DNA of 35,007 nucleotides, taken from an uncultured bacterium (GTDB lineage: Bacteria; Patescibacteriota; Minisyncoccia; Phycocordibacterales; Phycocordibacteraceae). The translations under genes were made by a program, and so were the position numbers. Under the pieces are notes generated by a model. The model was not told the DNA's origin, made no database searches, and saw only the letters and a program-made list of their open reading frames with translations. This document shows, piece by piece, positions 25,055-32,078 of the stretch (positions are counted from its first letter, which is position 1; every line of letters begins with the position of its first letter). The stretch is taken from contig CAIJZI010000003.1 in assembly GCA_903825105.1 (NCBI GenBank), positions 1 to 35,007 on the forward strand. The letters are read 5' to 3'.

Positions 25055-25089
25055 AGACCAAATAAACGAGAAATGCTATAATGAAGATA

Positions 25090-27603
25090 ATGTTCGGCAT
25101 ATCCAAGCTTTTTACGAAGAATGAGTCAGCGTCCTTCTTAAAGGCCGCGGCACCTATCGTGGTAGCGACAAATGCTTTTTCTGAAGAATTCCGAGTGCTC
25201 TCCGATGAAGACCTTCGTGCGCGATTCAAAGAAATATACGATCAATCGCGAGAGGTGAGTGTTGCTTCTGAAAAAGATATTCCACTTATCTTTGCACTCG
25301 TGCGGGAAGCGTCTCGTCGCACACGAAATGAGTTTCACTTCGATGTTCAACTTATCGGCGGACTCGCGTTGCTTCGTAGTAAGGTAGCGGAGATGCGCAC
25401 AGGAGAAGGGAAGACGCTTGTTGCAACTCTCCCAGCTACTTTCCATGCACTGTCGGGGAAAGGAGTGCAAATTATTACGGTCAATGATTATCTCGCGCGG
25501 CGTGATACCACTTGGATGGGGCAGGTGTATGACTTCCTTGGACTCACAGTTGGCGTAGTGACCTCAACAGGCTCATATCGCTACGATGCGTCGCATATCT
25601 CAAAAGAAGAAGACTCTGAACGAGACGCAGAAGGATCGTTCAAAGTCTTCTATGACTATTTGCGCCCAGTGACAAAGAAAGAGGCATACGCCTGTGACAT
25701 CACCTATGTGACGAACAATGAACTCGGCTTCGATTATCTTCGCGACAACACTGCGTATGACGCTTCTCAAATCGTTCAGCGAGGATTTCACTATGCGATT
25801 ATCGACGAAGTGGATTCAATTTTAATTGATGAGGCGCGTATGCCGCTTATCATCTCTGGGCCGTCGGGCGATTCACAGATGTTTTATGAAAAATTCGCAG
25901 AGATTGTCAGGGGGATGAAAGAGGGAGAGGATTATGCTGTAGATGAAAAACAAAAAGCGATTCAGATAACCGAAGAAGGAATGCATAAGGCCGAAGTGGC
26001 GCTCGGACTCGAAAATATTTATACCGAAGGCGGGATTAAATATGCACACCATCTCGAGACCGCGGTGCGCGCACAAGCCCTTTTCTTTAAAGATAAAGAA
26101 TATGTCGTACGCGATGATGAGATTATTATTGTCGATGAATTCACGGGGAGAATGCAGCCCGGGAGACGCTGGTCAGACGGACTCCATCAGGCGATTGAAG
26201 CAAAAGAGGGTGTGAAGATTCAAGCAGAAACGCGCACATACGCGAGTGTCACCTTTCAAAATCTTTTTAGAATGTATGAAAAGCTCGCTGGAATGACCGG
26301 CACAGCGCTCTCTTCAGAAGAAGAATTTTATACCGTTTACAAGCTTGAAGTCGTTGTAGTGCCGACAAATAAACCATCGCTTAGAAAAGATCATAGTGAT
26401 CTCGTATTCCAAACGGCGAAAGGGAAATATACTGCGGTTGCGCGCGCGGTGAAGGAGCGTTATCAGAAAGGTCAGCCGGTATTGGTTGGTACCGTTTCGG
26501 TTGAAGATAATGAAATTGTCAGCGAATACTTAAAAGATGCGGGCGTTCCGCACGAAGTGTTGAATGCGAAGAATCACGAGCGCGAGGGAGAGATTATCGC
26601 CGAGGCGGGTAAAGAGGGAAGAATAACGGTCGCGACTAACCTCGCTGGTCGTGGCGTCGACATTAAACTCGGCGGTGCACTCGCCTCGGCAGAAGAGCGT
26701 GCTTCGGTCATCGAGAAGGGCGGGCTTATGGTTATCGGTACCGAGCGACACGACGCTCGTCGTATCGACAACCAGCTTCGCGGGCGTTCGGGACGACAAG
26801 GCGACCCAGGCGAAACGCGCTTTTATGTATCTCTTGAAGATAAGTTGATGCGCGTCTTCGCGGCTGACACCTTGAAAAAGGTGATGGGCCGTTTTGGCAT
26901 CCCTGAAGATGAGCCAATCGAGAGCGGGATCATTAGTAAGTCGCTTGAGACCGCACAGGGTCGAATCGAAGGATATAACTTCGACTCGCGTAAACAAGTC
27001 CTCGCGTATGACGATGTGATGAATACCCAGCGTCTCGCTATTTATGCACGCCGACGCGCGGCGCTTACGGGCACACCAGAAGAGGTAGAAGATATTTTTA
27101 ATATGCTTATTGAAGAGAGCGAGACGGCAAAAATCGCTTTCAATACAAAGAAAATAGAGCTCGATGATGACTTTGTCGATCACCTGCGCCGCCTTCTGCT
27201 CCAGGCAGTTGATGTCTTCTGGCTCGAACATCTAGAGACGATGGACTATTTGCGTAAATCGGTGTCGCTCCGCGCTTATGGCCAGCGTGATCCATTAATA
27301 GAATACCGTCGCGAGGGGCTCATCAGATTCCGCCAGCTTGAAGCAGACATTAAAGCAAAGGTACTAGAGGTATTGCCGTTTCTCCAGCGAGCTGATGATG
27401 CGCGTATTCGCGCAGAAGAAGAAAAGATTCGTGCCGCGATGATTGCCGCAGGAAAAGAAGAAGGGAGCGCGCAGCCGATTAAGAAGAGTGGTGAACACGG
27501 GCGAAACGATATTGTCACGATTAAAAAAGGCGACGAGACAAAAGAAATAAAATATAAAAAAGCCGAACCCTTCATCAACAATGGTTGGACCATTGTTGAA
27601 TAA
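25090..27603 (+). CDS. secA: Preprotein translocase ATPase SecA
   Basis: EMRTGEGKT, TVNDYLA, IDEVDSILIDEARMPLIISG, GRRWSDGLHQAIEAKE, LNAKNHERE, ATNLAGRGVDI and RIDNQLRGRSGRQGDPG. ATG 25081 overlaps the -10 box, so 25090 is preferred. Confidence 0.97.
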   Translation: MFGISKLFTKNESASFLKAAAPIVVATNAFSEEFRVLSDEDLRARFKEIYDQSREVSVASEKDIPLIFALVREASRRTRNEFHFDVQLIGGLALLRSKVAEMRTGEGKTLVATLPATFHALSGKGVQIITVNDYLARRDTTWMGQVYDFLGLTVGVVTSTGSYRYDASHISKEEDSERDAEGSFKVFYDYLRPVTKKEAYACDITYVTNNELGFDYLRDNTAYDASQIVQRGFHYAIIDEVDSILIDEARMPLIISGPSGDSQMFYEKFAEIVRGMKEGEDYAVDEKQKAIQITEEGMHKAEVALGLENIYTEGGIKYAHHLETAVRAQALFFKDKEYVVRDDEIIIVDEFTGRMQPGRRWSDGLHQAIEAKEGVKIQAETRTYASVTFQNLFRMYEKLAGMTGTALSSEEEFYTVYKLEVVVVPTNKPSLRKDHSDLVFQTAKGKYTAVARAVKERYQKGQPVLVGTVSVEDNEIVSEYLKDAGVPHEVLNAKNHEREGEIIAEAGKEGRITVATNLAGRGVDIKLGGALASAEERASVIEKGGLMVIGTERHDARRIDNQLRGRSGRQGDPGETRFYVSLEDKLMRVFAADTLKKVMGRFGIPEDEPIESGIISKSLETAQGRIEGYNFDSRKQVLAYDDVMNTQRLAIYARRRAALTGTPEEVEDIFNMLIEESETAKIAFNTKKIELDDDFVDHLRRLLLQAVDVFWLEHLETMDYLRKSVSLRAYGQRDPLIEYRREGLIRFRQLEADIKAKVLEVLPFLQRADDARIRAEEEKIRAAMIAAGKEEGSAQPIKKSGEHGRNDIVTIKKGDETKEIKYKKAEPFINNGWTIVE

Positions 27604-27651
27604 GCACGAAATCCGAAGCACGAAAAACGAAACAAGCACCAAGCACCAAAA
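27601..27651 (+). repeat. Left heptamer-repeat arm of the four-helix-bundle cassette
   Basis: t-AAGCACG-AAATCCG-AAGCACG-AAAAACG-aaac-AAGCACC-AAGCACC-aaaa, running from the secA stop to the ATG. Confidence 0.85.
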
Positions 27652-28017
27652 ATGAAGACGGAGAAAACAAAACAATACGATCTGGAAGAAAGAACAATGA
27701 GATTTGCCAGCGAAGTGCGCACATTCGTACGACTGTTGCCGAAATCAATCGCGAATCGTGAAGATACGAGTCAGGTAGTGAGGTCTTCAGGTTCAGTAGG
27801 AGCAAATTATATCGAGGCAAACGAATCGTTAAGCAAAAAGGATTTTGTGATGCGTATAAAAATCTCCCGCAAAGAAGCGAAAGAAACTGCTTTTTGGTTA
27901 AAACTCATTGACACTGGCGGCAACGCCTTACTCGAAGAAAAGCGAAATGCGCTACACCAAGAAGCTCGGGAATTAATGTTCATATTGAGTTCAATTATGA
28001 GAAAATTTGAATCCTAA
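27652..28017 (+). CDS. Four-helix-bundle protein (23S rRNA IVS-protein / TIGR02436-type family)
   Basis: DLEERT..F...V, QVVRSSGSVGANYIEA, SKKDF..RIKISRKEAKETAFWL; 121 aa. Confidence 0.92.
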   Translation: MKTEKTKQYDLEERTMRFASEVRTFVRLLPKSIANREDTSQVVRSSGSVGANYIEANESLSKKDFVMRIKISRKEAKETAFWLKLIDTGGNALLEEKRNALHQEARELMFILSSIMRKFES

Positions 28018-28030
28018 TTTTTTTATTTCT

Positions 28031-28067
28031 AATTTGTTTCGGATTTCATGCTTCGTGCTTAGAATTT
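28031..28067 (-). repeat. Right heptamer-repeat arm (inverted) of the four-helix-bundle cassette
   Basis: Reverse complement reads AAATTCT-AAGCACG-AAGCATG-AAATCCG-aaac-AAATT, the same units as the left arm. Confidence 0.85.
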
Positions 28068-28089
28068 CCACTCGTGCTAGAGTGGCTGT

Positions 28090-29064
28090 ATGGCATTCGT
28101 GGACGAGATCAGGATATACGCGGAGTCGGGGAAAGGTGGCGACGGGGTCGTCCGCTGGCTCCATACCAAGACAAACGCCCGTGGCGGGCCATCGGGAGGC
28201 GACGGGGGCAGGGGCGGCGACGCGGTGCTTCTTGGTGTGCGCGATTATGCGGCTCTAGCGCACTATCGTTTTGAAAAAAAGTTTTGTGCAGAAAAGGGAG
28301 AAGACGGTAAAAATAATTTAAAGCACGGCGCGAACGGTGCAGATATCTTGATACGCGTACCCGTAGGCACTGTCGCGCGTGTTATTGATACCGGCGTTGA
28401 ATACGAAATGACCAAAGAAGATGAGAGGATCGTTATCTTCCGTGGGGGAATGGGTGGTAAAGGTAATGCCCGTTTTAAGAGTTCTACCAATCAAAACCCA
28501 TTTGAATTAACAAAAGGTAAGGATAATAAAGGTGGCGATATCGAGCTTAGTCTTAAGATTATCGCAGATGCTGGGCTTATAGGGCTCCCTAATTCAGGGA
28601 AGTCGTCTCTTCTTAATGCGCTCACACAAGCCAAGTCTATTGTCGGTGATTATCCTTTTACGACGCTTGAACCGCATCTCGGCGACTTCTATAGACGAAT
28701 ACTGGCGGACATCCCAGGGCTTATTGAGGGGGCCTCGTCTGGAAAAGGGCTTGGTATAAAATTTCTTAAGCACATAGAACGCACAAGGATTCTGCTACAT
28801 CTCGTCTCGGCTAGCCAAGATGACCCTATCGCATCATATAGAGAAGTACGCAATGAGGTTGAACTGTTTGGGCGCGGCTTACCTGACAAGAAGGAGATCA
28901 TTATCCTGTCAAAAATAGACCTTATTTCGCCCGAAGAATGCGAAACTAAAAAGCAGCTCCTTATACGCGAGACAGGCAGGGAAGTGCTCCTCGTCTCAAT
29001 AAAAGACCCGGTCGTTCTTAAAGAGTTTTCAGATCGACTTACGAAGCTCCTTGATATAAACTAG
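28090..29064 (+). CDS. obgE: GTPase ObgE/CgtA (short form)
   Basis: MAFVDE...SGKGGDG, GGPSGGDGGRGGD, GLPNSGKS, YPFTTLEPHLG and DIPGLIEGAS.GKGLG..FL.HIERT. Confidence 0.96.
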   Translation: MAFVDEIRIYAESGKGGDGVVRWLHTKTNARGGPSGGDGGRGGDAVLLGVRDYAALAHYRFEKKFCAEKGEDGKNNLKHGANGADILIRVPVGTVARVIDTGVEYEMTKEDERIVIFRGGMGGKGNARFKSSTNQNPFELTKGKDNKGGDIELSLKIIADAGLIGLPNSGKSSLLNALTQAKSIVGDYPFTTLEPHLGDFYRRILADIPGLIEGASSGKGLGIKFLKHIERTRILLHLVSASQDDPIASYREVRNEVELFGRGLPDKKEIIILSKIDLISPEECETKKQLLIRETGREVLLVSIKDPVVLKEFSDRLTKLLDIN

Positions 29065-29075
29065 AGATATCCCTT

Positions 29076-30518
29076 ATGGAGTATCTCCCGACCATCGGTC
29101 TCGAAATCCACGCTGAACTTAAAACGCGAACGAAGATGTTCTGCTCCTGTGCGAATGATCCAGATGAGTCGCGTCCCAATGTAAACATCTGTCCGATCTG
29201 TTTGGCGCATCCGGGTACGCTCCCGACGATTAACAAAGAGGCGGTTAAACAAGTACTTCGCGTTGGCGTAGCAGTAAATGGAACGAGTGCAGACGCGAGT
29301 GAATTTGATCGGAAGAGTTATTTTTATCCCGATATTCCAAAAGGGTATCAAATCAGTCAGTATGCGCGGCCACTTATTTCTGGAGGATCTCTCGCTGGCG
29401 TTTTGCTCACGCGCATCCACCTCGAAGAAGATACGGCGCGCTCGATACATCTCGAGGGCTCAAGCGCAGTTGATTTTAATCGTGCGGGGGTGCCGCTTAT
29501 GGAGCTCGTGACTGAGCCAGTAATACACGACGCAGAGACGGCAGGGAATTTTGCACGCGAGCTACAACTTCTACTACGAACCCTTAATGCGGGAGAAGCA
29601 AATCTTGAAAAAGGAGAAATGCGAATCGAAGCAAATATCAGTGTTGCAAAGCACGAAGCATCAAATACGAAATCCGAAATGGATACAAAATTGGGCACAA
29701 AAGTAGAAGTCAAAAATTTAAATTCATTTCGCTCGGTTGAACGCGCAATTGATTTTGAAATAAAAAGACAGATCGCTCTTATCGAGAGTGGTGGAGAAGT
29801 GCGCCAAGAAACGCGTGGGTGGAATGAGTCGAAGCAAGAGACCTTTCATCAGCGTTTTAAAGAAGACAGCGCAGACTATCGTTATTTCCCCGAGCCTGAT
29901 TTACCCAAGCTCGCGCTTTCTGAAATTGACACATTTTCTGTCGAAGCACTCAAAGCATCATTGCCCGAGCTCCCGTGGAATCGCCGTGCACGATATGTCG
30001 ATACTTACGGCATAAAAGAAAGTGACCTCGCTTATTTGTGTGCGACAAAAGAGCGCAGTGATTTTTTTGATAGTGTCGCATCAGAACTAGAAAATAAAAA
30101 TGAACTTGTAGCGCTCGCGGTAAATTATATTGTTTCGGATCTCGCGGGCATCGTAGCCAAAAGCGGTAATGATACGGTATCTAAATTAACGCCAAATACT
30201 TTTGCAAAGATGATTCGGCTCATTCAAGATGGAGTGATTTCTTCACGCGGTGCAAAAGATCTTCTGTATATACTCGTTGAGTCAGGCGGCGAACCAGAGA
30301 CAGTCGCGGCAGAGAACGGGCTTATACAGATCCACGATGATGCGGTGCTCGGAGAGGCAGTGGATGCAGTAATCGCGGCAGAGCAGAAAGCCGTACTTGA
30401 GTATAAAGCAGGGAAGCAGGCAGCTCTACAGTATCTCGTTGGTAAGGCTATGAAGGAGAGCCGCGGCGCAGGGAACCCCACAGAGTTGCAAAGGCTTCTC
30501 GTAGAAAAACTGGGTTAG
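29076..30518 (+). CDS. gatB: Asp-tRNA(Asn)/Glu-tRNA(Gln) amidotransferase subunit B
   Basis: IGLEIHAEL, FDRKSYFYPD.PKGYQISQY, RIHLEED, DFNRAGVPLMELVTEP, VEVKNLNSF and DYRYFPEPDLP, with a YqeY-like C-terminus. Confidence 0.97.
   Translation: MEYLPTIGLEIHAELKTRTKMFCSCANDPDESRPNVNICPICLAHPGTLPTINKEAVKQVLRVGVAVNGTSADASEFDRKSYFYPDIPKGYQISQYARPLISGGSLAGVLLTRIHLEEDTARSIHLEGSSAVDFNRAGVPLMELVTEPVIHDAETAGNFARELQLLLRTLNAGEANLEKGEMRIEANISVAKHEASNTKSEMDTKLGTKVEVKNLNSFRSVERAIDFEIKRQIALIESGGEVRQETRGWNESKQETFHQRFKEDSADYRYFPEPDLPKLALSEIDTFSVEALKASLPELPWNRRARYVDTYGIKESDLAYLCATKERSDFFDSVASELENKNELVALAVNYIVSDLAGIVAKSGNDTVSKLTPNTFAKMIRLIQDGVISSRGAKDLLYILVESGGEPETVAAENGLIQIHDDAVLGEAVDAVIAAEQKAVLEYKAGKQAALQYLVGKAMKESRGAGNPTELQRLLVEKLG
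29649..29680 (+). repeat. Heptamer-repeat tract in frame inside gatB
   Basis: AAGCACG-AAGCATC-AAATACG-AAATCCG-AAAT encodes KHEASNTKSEM, with the same units as the cassette arms. Confidence 0.75.
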
Positions 30519-30573
30519 CTATAAAAGTGCATAAGCTGTTCCATTCCAGACGAGATATGTATATACTGCCTGT

Positions 30574-31320
30574 ATGGATGAGATTTTTATAGAAGAAAAA
30601 AAATATATATCGTCAAAACAAGCGGCAAAGGTTACGGGGTACGCCAAGGACTATATAGGGCAACTTTGTAGAGAAGGGCGTGTGCCGGCAAGGCTCGTGG
30701 GTAGGAATTGGTATGTTCTAGAGACGGCGATTCAGGATCACCGTTTTGGAGATTCTGAAATGGAACAAGGAGATACAGAAAAAGGAGAAGAGGCTATATC
30801 TGAGATACCAGAACCAGTAAATCCTGCTGCGAGCGGCATACAAGAGTCATGGCAAGCATGGTTTGACCGTGTTGATACGGCAGTAGAAAAGCCAACTGAA
30901 TCAGTCGAGTCTGAGAAGATGGAGATCGAAGTTGTTGAAGATAGCCCAATAGAGCAAGAGACTATAGCTGAAGAAGAGAGTGAGCCGGAGAAGCCTGTTG
31001 TAGACAGTATTGAAGCAACGGTTGTGCCGATACGCACAATAACTGCAGAGCCTAAGGCGTACTCGATTCCGGAGGACTTGTTGCCGAGGAACAATACAGA
31101 GTCTCCGCTTGTCGTTGGACGTGCCCGTACAGTGCGAAAAATAGGGAAGAGGCACGCACTTACTTTTCTCCGCGCTATAGAGATAACGGGCGCAGTTTTT
31201 GCCACGATCTCTTTAGTTGTAGCGGCTCTCGGCACAGGATACTTCGATCATTATGTGCTCTCGAATAGTCAAGCAAGTGTTTTGTCGGGAGTATCACTCT
31301 ATAATAAAGCGCTTAAATAA
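30574..31320 (+). CDS. Excisionase/MerR-type (HTH_17-like) HTH protein with acidic linker and C-terminal TM helix
   Basis: YISSKQAAKVTGYAKDYIGQLCREGRVPARLVGRNWYV; E-rich disordered middle; hydrophobic ITGAVFATISLVVAALGTG near the C-terminus. Confidence 0.8.
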   Translation: MDEIFIEEKKYISSKQAAKVTGYAKDYIGQLCREGRVPARLVGRNWYVLETAIQDHRFGDSEMEQGDTEKGEEAISEIPEPVNPAASGIQESWQAWFDRVDTAVEKPTESVESEKMEIEVVEDSPIEQETIAEEESEPEKPVVDSIEATVVPIRTITAEPKAYSIPEDLLPRNNTESPLVVGRARTVRKIGKRHALTFLRAIEITGAVFATISLVVAALGTGYFDHYVLSNSQASVLSGVSLYNKALK

Positions 31321-31953
31321 AAGATTTCTCGTCTCGGATACACGAGATTACTCTTAATGATAAGGCAGAACATTTATTGAGGCATATATTTTGCACGATC
31401 AGTAAAATAAAAGGGTAGGCAATATAAATGTGCATATTTTTATATGGTTATTTAGTAGCGAAGATAATAAAATCGCGTACAAGGCTCAAAATTGCGATAT
31501 AAGGCTTTTATTTCTATTTGTAGGTATATGGGCCACTCTATAATTCTAATTAGAAATTAAAACAATGTCGCACAATGTATCAAATATTTTACGACGCACA
31601 CTGCAGCTAAGACCAGAGTAGTAATTCTAAATAATATATGAATTATTCGCTTCGCATATGCGACATATCTAATGAATACGGCGTATATTTATAAAACTAT
31701 TTTTATAATAACGGTAATTTGTATAGGTTGTTACGCGCGGCTAATTATTTATAGTCAACTTAAAGGCACCAGAAACTAATTTTTACAGATTAATTTTAAG
31801 AAAGAGTCCTACAGGTATTGTTTTTAAGTATGATGGATCAAGATTAGGCTCTTTTCGTTGCCAGTGAGGCATTTAAAGGCTCTTTGCGGCCATCTAGAGG
31901 TTTAATTTTGATGATCTTAAGCAATAAATTTTTAATATATTTTATCGGTATCC

Positions 31954-32018
31954 TGTGTAAATTTAATTTTTAATTTTTAAAAATTTTTACACATCAAAAT
32001 AAGTGACACTTATCCACA
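31954..32018. promoter_or_regulatory. Cluster of DnaA-box-like sites in an AT-rich intergenic region
   Basis: TTATCCACA (32010-32018, perfect), TTTTACACA (31985-31993, fits TTWTNCACA) and inverted TGTGTAAAT (31954-31962, one mismatch). Confidence 0.45.
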
Positions 32019-32078
32019 GACAATCGCTATGTGCTACCGAAATAGCAAGTTATTATTTAGTTAATCCGGATATCCGAC

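Noticed and set aside
27652-28017. Diversity-generating retroelement (avd)
   Set aside because: There is no reverse transcriptase and no TR/VR repeat pair in the window.
27601-28067. CRISPR array or classical IS element
   Set aside because: The units are 7 nt with no spacers, the ORF has no transposase motifs, and no target-site duplication is evident.
30130-30140. 11-nt match (TTGTTTCGGAT) to the right repeat arm inside gatB
   Set aside because: It encodes ordinary GatB sequence (YIVSD) with no tandem units or apparent insertion, so it is probably chance.
31321-32078. Chromosomal replication origin
   Set aside because: It has only one perfect and two near-consensus boxes, no dnaA/dnaN nearby, and no switch in gene orientation across it. 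It cannot be fully excluded without genome-wide GC skew.
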